A stretch of DNA of 64,000 bases, taken from Octopus sinensis. Lineage: Eukaryota. The stretch is from the NCBI RefSeq assembly GCF_006345805.1, contig NC_042997.1, positions 6,448,001 through 6,512,000 of the forward strand, given 5' to 3'. A model generated the notes under the pieces. That model ran no database searches and was not told the origin of the DNA. It worked only from the letters and a program-made list of their open reading frames with translations. Position 1 is the stretch's first letter; each line of letters opens with the position of its first letter. The translations under genes were made by a program, and so were the position numbers. Shown piece by piece: positions 39,752 to 52,414 of the stretch.

Positions 39752-40266
39752 TACAGTAAATCTTCGTGTATAATCGCACTTTTGTCCAAAACTTTAAAGG
39801 TCAAAATCCCTAGTCCGTAATACATACGAGGTTAAAAATTTGAAATATTTTATAAGCAATGTCTGCGTCTCTATTTGCTGTCCGGCAATGTTTATTCAGA
39901 CGCATTTTGTGATGTCGGGCACAAAAATACCTTATGCTAAGCCTGAATGCAATGAAGAATCATGTATAACTTGCAATAAACAACGTTTATTAAAATAAAA
40001 GTATTCTGAACACACGATAACATGTAAGAAAAACAATTTGCAAGCATATTTACATTCCCATATAACAGTTAAGAACATCACCATTATTCTATTAGGCATG
40101 CGCCGAAGTGTTTGTTCGACTAGGTGCTGCTGGCTTGATTACGCACGACTCAAGTTAGGGAAGGGGTGCGTATTATATACAAGGTTTAAATTTTTCAGAG
40201 GTACAACCCCTAAAAATCCCCTGTGTAATATATTCAAGGGCGGACTATACTCGAGGATTTACGGTA
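39752..40266. mobile_element. Non-autonomous Tc1/mariner-superfamily element (Tc2/pogo-like TIRs)
   Basis: Left TACAGTAAATCTTCGTGTATAATCGC versus reverse complement of right end TACCGTAAATCCTCGAGTATAGTCCGC. TA ends; no ORF. Confidence 0.7.
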
Positions 40267-40599
40267 TTTGGATATATCGGCATAAAAGACAATAGTGTGT
40301 ATGCAGGTGGATATTGTGTATATATTTATAACCAGACTTGTAATCCCGGTATGTGTTTTTTTTCGTGTATGGAAACTCTGGCTTTTGAACTAGTTAACTT
40401 TGAACTCTCTACTATGGATAATTTCATCTTTATATTTTCGGAAATTATCTTTTAATATTTAGTAGTAATTCGAATGTTTCCTATATGCAATAATGTCTCA
40501 AATACGTATATACAATAATGTCCTCATACAGTCATACGGATGTCATACAAATGCCATAATTCATTATGAAAACAGCTGAATTTCCGTCATCTCCTGTGT

Positions 40600-40900
40600 T
40601 GGGGATCCAGACTGAAACTTATTTGACTGTAATGTCTCCCTTTTCTAATTCTGGACTCTTAAAGTTATATGACATGGGTGACATTTTCTGCATATGATAG
40701 CTGATGCCTGAAGGCTCATTTTTACACTCATGTGTCAGATATTAAGTATCTCCTAGTTTTCCTATGTAGATTTTTGGAGATTTCTTGTGTTTTCTGGCGT
40801 ATACCTTCTATAACTAAATCGAATGCAGTAGTACGGTATTAATACAAGCATCACACTGACACAATTTGCTGTGGCCTTTCAAGTCACTGATTCTGATTTG
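40600..40900 (-). mobile_element. Possible very decayed GIY-YIG (Penelope-like endonuclease) remnant
   Basis: CQCDACI followed by KIYIGK(T)RRYL, the latter only after correcting one frameshift. Weak. Confidence 0.3.
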
Positions 40901-43716
40901 CAGAGTGGAAAATATAACTTGATCTGTCTCAGTCCTCAAGTTGCTTTCAGAAACTAAATTATCCTCCCATTTAAAATTAAATACATGAAGATACACAAAA
41001 ACCCAAAACCGCAAGTGAGGTCTCATTGACAAGTATATCTGAATCTGAATATATCACCTTTGAAAATGTCTAACTATTACCTTAACCTTTTTCAGGATTG
41101 CATTAACGCCAATATCAGTGTAGGTAGTGGAGATGAGGTTAAGTATTTTCTTAATATTTTCTCCCGCATGTGCAAGAAAAAATCGACAGGGAAACATAAG
41201 GCACGAACAAAAATTATATTTCCTTCGATTATACAATTTTGAAAGAGGGACAATTTTGAAAAGAGACAAAGATAAATAAACCATTAAACTCCGCAGCTTC
41301 AAACGTGTATGGAAGACTACTGATAGGACTAATTTATATATTAAAATCAAATTTTGGGGCTAAAATGAAGTTAGATTTGAAGTAAAATTGACGATTTTCT
41401 TCCTCGAAGATTGATTAAATCGTACGATTTACAACAGGAGTGGAGAAATCAATTTGAAAAATCCCGATATCTCAAAAGACTAAAATGTCAAAATCCATAA
41501 AATTACTTGCAAAATTACTCTAAAAAAGATCAAAAACATAGAATGTATAACTAAGAGAACTTGAATACAGCTGCTCGGCTTTGCACCTATATGATACTTT
41601 GCAATCTGAGTTCATTGGGATATTTTAACTAGTCCAGTATTGTAACCATATTTAACCTATTAAAACAAACTTGAATACTGAGGCTTGATATAAAGGAATT
41701 CAGAAAAGCAACTTCGCTAAATCACTAGAGGGTGTTCATTATATACATATGCATACATATATTATGTATGAATACATTATAACAAAGAAAAATGTTTCAC
41801 TCTATGAATCAAAGGTTACTTATTGCAAATCCGTCGGTCTTCAGTGTTAATATTTCGGTCATACAAAATATTTTGACAGTATTGGTTGCCAATTTCATTA
41901 CGAACAGATATGAAAATAACTATTTCGGTTTTTGTTTCTGTGTGCGGTATCAGACTATGAAAATTCCTATTTCAATAAGTTTAGCGTGAATAATGTTCTT
42001 GGAAAGCAGTCGTAAGTCGGGGCATGCAGAAATAAATAAGCAGAACGGGAATCAGATATGGGTTGGTATTATTATCTCGTGGTAAATAACAGATTGACGG
42101 CAATGCAATACATTGATAACAGAAAGGTTGATAGCTGTGAGTACCTGGTCATAACTTCATGCGTACTTAAAATAATTTAATATTTGTTAGGACCGTGCTA
42201 ATTACAGTAAGATATGTACTTTCAATTGAGACAAATTTCTAAACATTTTCAGTCTTGAAGCATTGTCATTTGAAGGTATTTTCACACGTGTATATAGTAA
42301 TATTTTATTCAAGTTATAGATATTTCTCATGAAATTCCTAATATACAATGATAGACAATAATTCGTGTTACAATGCATTCATATTTTAAACAAGATACAG
42401 CCATAGAGTTTTTAGTTTTTAAGAAGATTAGTAAATAAAGAACAAGGAAAATATATTTTCGTCAAATTCAATGATTAACTCGAAAGTAACCATAGGTTCT
42501 TCTATAGGATAAAATGTAATAAAAGAGTTAAGAAGAAAATAAATTAATAAAATACACGAAGAAATAAATAAGCTCTTTTTGAATGAGGGTTATCAAAAGA
42601 AGAAGTATGTCATGAAGTTGCTGCAATCAATTGTCAGGGGACAGGAAAGTAATAAACATAGGCAAACGTTTGGTGAACAAACTCGTAGCCTTTTATCATT
42701 AAACACAAGCAATGATAATTAATTAGATAAATCTAGTCACTTGGTAATAACTGAAGCAGCAAACGGTCGTGTTTGGAGTTTTATTGTCCGAAAAACTGAT
42801 TGTTTGGCAGTCATTTTTTTGCATTGAAAGCAAGTTTTCAATTTATGAAGAAAACATTCATGTAACTGGACAATACACTGCCGCCAAACACGTCACATTT
42901 CATTAAGACAATAATCAATGTTTTCTCAGACAGGATATTGAATAAATATTTATGTGAACTTGGTGAAGAATTTATTTAAATTTTGTAGTAAATTTTTTGA
43001 GTATCGTTGAAGAGAAATTACCAATTATATACGCAATCTAGACAAATATTTCAAGTATTCCATTATGTTCTTAACACATAGTATGCATCATTGTTTAATC
43101 AATCATTTGTTTGAAAAGACACTGATATTCAGTCGTTGTAGCAGTGGCCAGGGTATTAGGAAATTACCTCGAAATCATGAGAAGAGTGTGGGCTTCCATA
43201 TCTCAACTAACGTAGTTGCCGACTGATTTTATCACAGATTGGATGCAACCCAAAATGTTGAGTAAAATCTTGTTGACGAATTCAGAATGGAAGATCGATG
43301 TACATTTCGAACCAATAATTCAATGATCTATATTTGTTATATAGTGTGCCTCATTCAACCAGTTTGAAACTTACGTTAAGCGTACGTATAATATTCAGAA
43401 AATATTACCATTTACATATTGATGAACAACGATTGAGATAAGCTGATCGAACAACCATGTTCTTATCGTTTAGATTAGTGGGGGGAACATAAAAACTTAT
43501 TTCGCATAAAAGATACGAAACAGTACTTCTGTTATATGGTACTCAATGGTTATGAATATTCAACTTCTCCAAAATCTAAAGAAGAATTATCAAACAGTCA
43601 AATGATGATCAAACAGTCCCACTGATTTCTAAAAGGTAAGAAGAAATACAGTTTCAGGTTATATTATTTGCATTATTTACATGTGACGGATATTTGTCCT
43701 CATCTTGTTTGTTTTT

Positions 43717-43758
43717 AACACATTTCGCCTGATATACTCTCCGGCTTTCATCAGGTGT
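43717..43758 (-). ncRNA. Degenerate minimal hammerhead-ribozyme-like motif
   Basis: ACAC-CUGAUGA-AA-GCC...GGC-GAAA-UGU-GUU. Core intact, but the GAAACGUH segment is damaged. Confidence 0.45.
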
Positions 43759-43807
43759 CTTGAGAAAAAAATCGAGCATGGGTTTTCATTCGTAAGCTAG
43801 TTTTCGA

Positions 43808-43883
<76 letters not shown>

Positions 43884-43965
43884 GTTATTACTATTATTAT
43901 TATTACTATTATTATTATTACTATCATTATTATTATTATTATTCCTATTATTAATATTATTAATA
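43808..43965. repeat. (TTA)n microsatellite internal to the left arm
   Basis: Read directly. Confidence 0.95.
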
Positions 43966-43967
43966 TA

Positions 43968-44042
43968 CAGGTCATTGCCTGGAATCGAACTCGGAAACTT
44001 GATGTTAGCAGCCCGCACTGTTAACCACTGCGTTATATGCCC
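43968..44042 (-). other. tRNA-derived head (not a functional tRNA)
   Basis: Reverse complement GCAGTGGTTAACAGTGCGGGCTGCTAACATCAAGTTTCCGAGTTCGATTCCAGGC: A box, anticodon-like loop, B box. No clean acceptor stem. Confidence 0.75.
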
Positions 44043-44044
44043 CT

Positions 44045-44108
44045 GGACGTAGTGGTTAAGAGCTAGGGCTGCTAACCCCAAGATTCCAATTTCGATTCCA
44101 GGCAGTGG
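44045..44108 (+). other. tRNA-derived head (not a functional tRNA)
   Basis: GTAGTGGTTAAGAGCTAGGGCTGCTAACCCCAAGATTCCAATTTCGATTCCAGGC. Confidence 0.75.
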
Positions 44109-44156
44109 AATAATGATTCCTTAGGCATGAGAACCCAGATTCGAAATTTCCACAAC

Positions 44157-44200
44157 ACACCCGATGAAGACTGGAGAGTATATCAGCCGAAACGTTGTGC
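44157..44200 (+). ncRNA. Degenerate minimal hammerhead-ribozyme-like motif
   Basis: ACAC-CCGAUGA-A-GACUG-GAGAGUAUAU-CAGCC-GAAACGUU-GUGC. Core U4 is C and stem II has one mismatch. Confidence 0.5.
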
Positions 44201-44399
44201 TACCAACAAAGAAGGAGAAATATCCGTCAAATATAAGCAATGTACATAGTTCCTTATCTCTTGAATATAGAACTGTACTTTCAGTTTATTATTGTGTTAT
44301 CCTGTTTATAATTTGAATAAATATCAGCATTTATCCGTAGCCTCTTGCGTTTATTACTATCCCTAAATGTAGAATAATGATTAGAAATTATTTTAGATA

Positions 44400-45287
44400 A
44401 CTGAAAATAACTACCTATATGAAAAAGGCATCGGTACCTGAAGTAATTTTACACTAGTATATAGAGTTTTTAATCTTAGAATTACTAGACATAAACTTAA
44501 TTCTGTTGGAATTGACTTTATAGACAATAACCTTGTTACTAATATTTCTAGGGGGATGGCTAGTATTAGCTAAATTAATGTTAGTATTAGTAATTGGATT
44601 CTTATTTAATAGCCTAATATTATATGAGGAGTTAATTTGTGAGATATTTTTTGTGTTTGGAAAAATCAATCCTAACCGTGTGAGAGTTGCTAATAGAGTA
44701 ATACAAAGAATTCATTGGAACATTCCTAATAATAACTTCCCAAAACTAGAATGAAAGATTTGATTTAATTTGTCTCCCATAACGAATAATCAACCAAAAT
44801 AGTTTTACTATTTGTTGACTTATTTTTAGTGTAATTATCAATACAATATATCGATTTAACTTTAGAAGTAAAAAAGAGGGTTAAATAGCCGGTTATCTCC
44901 CTTACATTGTAAAGAAGACTTCCTCTGCGTGCTGTAGGCGAATAAATTAAAATTGATAGCGTTTATATCCTTACAACTAGATTTAATGTCTCCATTACTA
45001 AAGGTAGAATAAGATTGAATGGAATTAATGTAGGTAACTTTAACTGTATAGCTTACTTTAAGTAAAGCAGAGTTATAAAATTCAGCCTTGTCGTTGATTA
45101 TGTCAACATTATCAGATAAATTAGAGGCGTAGGAGTGGCTGTGTGGCAAGTAGCTTGCTTATGAACCACATGGTTCCGGTTTCAGTCCCACTGTGTGGCA
45201 CCTTTGGCACGTGTCTTCTATTATAACCTCGGGTCGACCAAAGCCTTGTGAGTGTATTTGGTAGAGAGAAACTAAAAAAGCCATTCT

Positions 45288-45346
<59 letters not shown>

Positions 45347-45760
45347 GTATGTGTGGGGATGCGTTTGTCTATCTGTGTTTGTCCCCCCAACATCACTTGA
45401 CAACCGATGATGGTGTGTTTACGTCCCCGTAACTCAGCGGTTCGGCAAAAGAACCCGTTATAATAAGTATTAGGCATCCAGAGAAGAAGTCCTCCGATCG
45501 ATTTGCTCGACTAAAGGCATTGCTCCAGCATGGCCACAGTCAAATTACTGAAACAACTAAAAGAATGAAAAAATCTAAATGAAATATTAACTAACGGCTT
45601 AGTGATTGCACTAGAATGATTACTAAATTTGCTAATATACTTAAGATTGGTCGATGGTATGTGGTCTGGGAAGTACGAATTATTGTGTATGTTAAGTGTA
45701 GTATCTAAAAAGTTGTGATTTTTTTCCCGCCCATTGTAAAAGAGGAAACGATACACATAT
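44400..45760 (-). mobile_element. Decayed Penelope-like element ORF (RT C-terminus/thumb toward linker), split by a SINE
   Basis: NFLDTTLNI..Y.P...KYISKFSNHSSAITK (ORF 45511-45756) continues across the SINE as NLSDN..FYNSALLKVSY (ORF 44862-45149), matching PLE FLD.TL..Y.P..Y...SNHP..LS.N..Y..AL..SGY. Confidence 0.6.
45125..45575 (+). mobile_element. tRNA-derived SINE (family B), nearly complete, with internal (TA)n
   Basis: GGCGTAGGAGTGGCTGTGTGGCAAG...CCGGTTTCAGTCCCACTG...GACCAAAGCCTTGTGAGT...GCTCCAGCATGGCCACAGTCAAA. Confidence 0.92.
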
Positions 45761-45777
45761 CCATTGATATATATATA

Positions 45778-45819
<42 letters not shown>

Positions 45820-45852
45820 TATATATATATAATATATATATATATATATGAG

Positions 45853-45910
<58 letters not shown>

Positions 45911-45917
<7 letters not shown>

Positions 45918-46065
45918 AGGACTGCTGTAAAATTCCTGGCCCTGGATAAAAGAAAATACAGGAGGATAAGTTAATTACGATTTTATTCAATCTCCCCCTC
46001 AGATTCCCCCACTTATTGCAGCGTTTTTTACAACCTGTAAAGGAACTCAGAAGTTTGGATTTCAT
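45911..46065 (-). mobile_element. Mariner-derived short non-autonomous element fragment
   Basis: TATGAGAAGGACTGCTGTAAAATTCCTGGC TIR-like start; GAAAATAC...TTTTATT...CTCAGA..CAC blocks shared with 61634-61815. Confidence 0.6.
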
Positions 46066-47148
46066 GATACTTTTAAAGCCACGAACATTTCAACATCTTA
46101 TAAAGCAATGTGTGTATGTGTGTGTGTGTGTATAAATGTATGTATAAAGATATGTATGTATAGTACTTAATGTATGGATATGTATGCAAGTGTGCATGTT
46201 TGTATGCGGAAGTGTGAAGTTTTGGCCGTGTCTGGGTTACCTATTAGAACACATTCATTCATGCTAAGTATACTTCCGCTGATAGTATATTTTGTGACAT
46301 ATCAATTTAGTCAAAACATGCTTTTCGAAATATTGTTTAAGCAAAACACTCAGCAACGTTGATTACAACCTCATTCAAAAGAGCCCATATTATTTACATA
46401 ATACTAAAGGTGTAAATCCTAATTTTCTCGGTTCAAAATTTTATCTAATGTGGGAACCATTGTATTCTAAACTGAAGTACATATACCAGATACAGTTTCA
46501 TACGTTACAGACACCTTATGTTAGTAAGAAATATGTTTCTTTTATATATTCAGTTTTGTTTTTAAGTATATTTACGACGATATAAATTGAAGATAAATTA
46601 AAATAAACAAACAAACGAAACACGAATAATTCGATTATAATAATATACTTTGATCTATTTTCTCTAGGATAGTAAATATTGTTTAAATTATTAATATGAG
46701 TGATAAAACAAATGGGGAAATTCAAAGACTGTACGATTTAATTCAAATCGCAAGATTTTAATTCTTTAAAATTTGGATTAAATTGTGCATACTGTTTGTT
46801 TATTTTAATTATTCATATTAATCTACTACAACACAAAATATACAATTACACGACAATTTATTAATAGTTCATATATTCATTGAATAGAACTGAAAATATA
46901 ATTTTCTCTGTATATAATTAATGTTAAGTATTTATTATAAAACGGTGTGAACGTTTACGCTGTCGGCATAGGAATAGTAATAATTATAAAATTCCTTTTT
47001 TTAAACTCATGACTATAAGTGATTTGGCTATGTATGCATACTTCTCCAACATACATAGTTCGCCAATAGATGTAATTACAAAATATATATTACGCACACA
47101 CATATAAGTAAATATGAACAGATATGCCAATCTATGGATGTGTAAAAC

Positions 47149-47204
<56 letters not shown>

Positions 47205-48134
47205 CTTTAATTTACATATAATACGAAAATATAAAAGATATGAATGCTAAATCATTTAAATTGTTCATTATTTACATGTTATTTTATGAAGGCACTTTGT
47301 TTAGATAAGCTGAAATAAATGGATAATATTAATTATGAGGACATAAATATAACAATTATAATATGTAATTATTAGTTAATTGATTCTATGTGCCTGTGTG
47401 TTCTTAATCATACAAGAGTTATGGAATAAATATGAATGACATTAATGATGTTCTAGCTACAAATAGGAATCCTATTTGTGGAAAATTCATAATGCTGACA
47501 ACAATAACGTAGAGACGTTTCTGGTAGGGCCAACTACGCGCTACATTTGCATAGACCCGTAAATTACCAAACATATACAATGATGATTGTTTTTCTCGGT
47601 AGAAATCATTACAACTATTCCAATGTTTACTTGATTAAATTCACATTGCAATAAACGCCACGAAAGAATAAAGAGTATAGTAATGCCTCAGCTATCGCGA
47701 TGTTATGTTCCAAAACCTCACGAGATAGGGGAATATCCGCGAAATAGAAACAGAAATGTGCTGTATATTTTCTTTATTTTTTAAAAAATTTGACTATATC
47801 TATTTTATTATAAATGCAAATCAACATCACGGAAGAATCGACGTAAGCTTAAATAATAAACCGAAACAGACGAACCGCGATATGGTAAAGGATTACTGTA
47901 TCAGGATAATTTATACTTCTGCAGTTCAAGGTAGTCAGTGTAGTGAGCAATTGAAGTATAAATTTCAGCAACCGAAAGAAGTGTTATAGATTTGCTGTAA
48001 GGGTGTTTTATTTGAAATTTATAAGATTAATATATTTCATAAATTTAATCACCCTGATTCAAACTCATTAAAAGCGGGTCACACACATATAATGAAGAAA
48101 AGAAAATTATTACAAAAATATTGATTTCATATTT

Positions 48135-48332
48135 TGTCACTTGAGCCACAATTTCACGCGAGGCTGTAGGTCGTTTACATCGACCCAGTACACAGCTGGT
48201 AGTTATTTTATTTACTTGAAAATATAAAAGTCAAAGTCGACCGCGGCGGAATTTGATCTCAGAATGTAAAGACGGATGAAATGCCATTTAGGCATTTTGC
48301 CTTCCTTGTTAACAATTCTGACAGCTCGCCGC
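48135..48332 (-). mobile_element. tRNA-derived SINE (family C)
   Basis: Reverse complement GCGGCGAGCTGTCAGAATTGTTAAC...TTCTGAGATCAAATTCCGCCGCGGTCGACTTTG...ACCAGCTGTGTACTGGGTCGATGTAAACGAC. Confidence 0.75.
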
Positions 48333-51300
48333 ATTAATTATTACAGTAATATTGAAAAGCATAACTATCATACCTCTTGATGTGCTTAATAAAGATGAAT
48401 GTAATATGAGAGTGCATTTGGCCATATTTTTTTATGATTGCGATTCGAAAATCATTTATTTTTTTTATTAGTGCCCATTTAATTATTATCAGGTCAAGAA
48501 TCAGTACACCATTTTCCATCCATTATTTTCGTTCTAGATCACACCTCCGATGCAATTATTCCCAAAGAGTATCTAGATATATATATTAAACCTTATTCGC
48601 ATTAAAGTTCGGCATCCGTCGCGACTACGACCTGTAGCTCAGTTTTAATGCAAACACCAACCTGCAACACAATTTCATTTACTTGAACATATAGTACAAA
48701 TCCAGCTGTAATACATAGCATCAAAATAGACCGAGCATTCAACGTTCACCTCAACATCAGCGTACAATATACATTCATCACAAATTAAAAAATGCATAAC
48801 CTGCGCTGTAACTTTCATTTTCACCGCAACTTCCATATAGTCAAATTTCAGTCCACATCAAAACACGAAACTGAACTACAATTCAACATGTAGCATAATA
48901 AGCTACATGACAGATTCAAGCTGCAACATAACTTCAGTTTCCAGTTCCAATTACCTTTCCAGCACAGTTTTAACCACCACCACGACGTGAAACTACGCTA
49001 CATTTCGACAGAAATCCCAACAGCAACAAAACAATATTTTCAAACAACATCATAATTCATAATTCACATTGATTTTAATCGACACCAACGAAAAATATTT
49101 TCAATCTACACAATTCCAAAAAACACAATCTAAAGCGCATCTCTACCTAACAAAACAATTTTCAAATGCACAAATACAATTTACTGTTGTCAAAATATAT
49201 TCCGGAGGACATAAGCCTGGGATGGAAATTATGAAGCGTAAATATATTGCACCAAATAAACTAAGCTAAATTGCCTTGGTACCTCAGGAAAAAAAAAATT
49301 TGTATGAATTTTTTACTAATATGCTCTCCTGTGACGCTTAAATTAGTAAGGAATTTTTAGAAACAAAAGCTTAACTACCTCTAACTCTAGTGATTAGATT
49401 CACTCGACATAAATATAACGATTCATGAAGATTACCGAGATGTATATCTTTCGCATCCAGGTAAAATGTACACTGTAGTTAAATGCTCCAGCGCAAATCC
49501 TCAGGATGGTTTCATTAACAGTGAATGGAAAGTTGCCTTCCTATTGCTATAGTTGCTGTCATTTCACAATTTTCGTAATGTCATTTTCGTGAATTTGAAT
49601 TAACTAAGAAAAATTATATCAGAAAACAATACTAAGTAAGCATCTATATATGCACTCTTTAAATTGATTTCAATTTCGAACGAAACATTTGTTACACATT
49701 TCTTAGGTAACACATTATTTATTGATGTCTAAACCCATTACATCCTCCTGCCACGTAGTCCATGATAACGGACATTACATTTATGACAGACGAAGATAAT
49801 TCTAAAGCTATGAAAAACAATGTTATGTTAGTAATCCCTTGGCGCTTTCTTATGAGGTGAAGGACACAGTAGACATGCTTTTGTTGAATCAAATTACGTA
49901 TAAGTCTAGCGTATTAGAAATATGAATTGAACTTTATATTTTTGTCATAAAAGTTTGAATAAATTTAACCTTCCTTATAAACATGAATTCGCATATATTG
50001 CTCCATGCTAATTTAAAATTTTCTAACATAACGCCTTCACTGCAATTGAATGAAATCAATGTAATCTCTGGATTCATTTTCACTTCCTCGGTAAATTCCT
50101 CTTCTATATAAAATATCTTCACTTTCCTACAACACTCAACTTTATATTCAACCCCCTCTTCGCCGATTGCTGTTCATAGTAATTTCATAATATCCTACCC
50201 TTAAACACCCACTAAAACGAATTGCCGGTGAAACAATATAGAATATTTTAAAGATAACCATAATATTTGAAAAGAAATCCTTTCTCCCTAGTTTTTCATT
50301 TCATATTTATTGATCTTGATCTCTCTTCAAGCGAATTTCCAATTAAGTGTACAACATGTATCCCGAATAAATGTCTCGATTAGATTAATATATGCCATGC
50401 AAGATTAATGTGTGCGAAAATGCCTCTAATATTGCTCATCGGAAATTTAGTGTTTTTCTAATTACAACTACAAAGAGAGCTCGTTGAAGGTATCGACACT
50501 ATATCGCTAAAATTGGTTACTTTAAAATTATTTTTCATTAGTTTTCTTGCTGTATATAAACGCATGCTACTCGTCGGTTATTGTATGTTCGTTGTCGACT
50601 GTCCATCTTACACTACAAGCCGTGTATCCGACACTCTGCATGTTTGCCTTTCTATATGTCTGTCTGCGTGTCAGTTTGCCTGACAGACTGCCTGTCTACC
50701 TGCTTGTCTGTATCTTTGTTTATTTCTCTCGCTCTGTCGCGCGCGCACACACACACTCCTCCTCCTCCTTTCTCTCTCTTTCACTCTGAAAACAGGCGGA
50801 TAAGATTTGGAGATTGTGAGCATTATAATGTACCTATTGTCCACTTCAAACTGACAAGGACATTTTGTACAGTCGGTACAACATAATGCATATCTTTATG
50901 TTTTATTATTTTACAACCATGAAAATTAAATCGTATACAAGTTAATGTTTTACAAACATTTTTCAAACTACAAAAATTTCATAAGGACAATAAAATTATA
51001 GGGCGTCAGCTGAAACTATATGAGAGCCTCCATATAACAGAAGATAAATTTTTTCATTTAGTATTATGATTTACTGCATTCAGCATACGCATATTAACCA
51101 TTTGTTTGTACAATACATTCCTGGCGATATGATGAAAGAGGTTTACGTCTCCTGTTGTTAGCTCTTATGCGATACACAACGTATTCAACGCACTCAAAAT
51201 TTGAAAGACATAAAATGGTTTTCTTCACTTTGAAACAAATGTTATGAATTGGAATGTTGCCATGGTTTTAAATTGAATTACTTCAGAAACATATTTTGGT

Positions 51301-51457
51301 TCACTTGGCACGATTTTGCTCATTTCGTTTTCTAAAGTTACCGACATTACCGCGATTTAGAAAAGCAAATCCTATGGAATAGCTGGCAACAATATAGTTA
51401 CACTGAAATGTCATGTATCTGGAAATAAACATGCACACACAAAATGTATGCATGCAA

Positions 51458-51463
<6 letters not shown>

Positions 51464-51549
<86 letters not shown>

Positions 51550-51638
51550 TGTGTGTGTGGTGTGTGTGTGTGTGGTGTGTGTGTGTGGTGTGTGTGTGTG
51601 TGTGTGTGTGTGTTTGTGTGTGTGCATGTGTGCGTACG

Positions 51639-51670
<32 letters not shown>
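51464..51670. repeat. Compound (TA)n(GT)n(TA)n microsatellite
   Basis: Read directly. Confidence 0.95.
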
Positions 51671-52031
51671 AGAAGAGACACGAAGAAAGAGAGATGAGTA
51701 TTTTTTTAAACACGCTATTGTTATATAGGTGTGGAAAAGAATCAAATTATTACTAAATTTTATCGGGCGATATGGGGAAATTTCATTTGATAAAATACGG
51801 GGGAGACTTTTTGGCAGAGGTTATATAGTTAATCTATTTGACATGTTTAAATGAAAATTATGAAATACTAAATTTCATCTGAATTCATGTGTAATATCGT
51901 GAAGGTGCAAAGCGTACACATAAAATGTTTCCGTGGAAATATACACTGAATTTCTGAACGTTTCTTCATAGTATAAGAAACTTTGTTAGAGAAATGCAAT
52001 AACGACTCCAATTTCAAATTAATAACAACCC

Positions 52032-52121
<90 letters not shown>

Positions 52122-52379
52122 GTGAGACAAACATATATGTATAAATTCATTTCTATTTGTACAACTATATACACATATGTAAACATAAATACATATGTAC
52201 ATTTATGTATTTAACTGACATTTCTAGCGTGATGGAAAACCACTTAGTGGTTTTCCCTCTTATATACACATATATGTACGTTTACGTGTATAAATACATA
52301 ACAGTGTGTGATTATATATGAGTGTGTGTGTGGGGGGTGAGTATTTGTGTATGTATCTATGTATCTATGTATCTATCTA

Positions 52380-52414
<35 letters not shown>

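Larger units (their letters stand above)
43647..44277. mobile_element. Palindromic (fold-back) element: two head-to-head tRNA-head/(TAA)n/hammerhead-like arms with TACAGT...ACTGTA ends
   Basis: The left arm 43647-44042 is the diverged reverse complement of the right arm 44045-44277 across head, body and terminus. Confidence 0.85.

Noticed and set aside
43968-44108. Functional tRNA-Ser(GCT)-like genes
   Set aside because: No proper acceptor stem or long variable arm; they are heads of a repeat and run into TAA tracts.
44400-44780. Hydrophobic AT-rich frames resembling a mitochondrial insertion (NUMT)
   Set aside because: No mitochondrial protein motif was recognisable under the invertebrate mitochondrial code, and the adjacent sequence fits a decayed Penelope-like ORF.
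50796-50875. Exon candidate RIRFGDCEHYNVPIVHF after a strong pyrimidine tract
   Set aside because: The tract is part of a CT microsatellite, the donor is weak (GTACAA), and the FGD match is too short.
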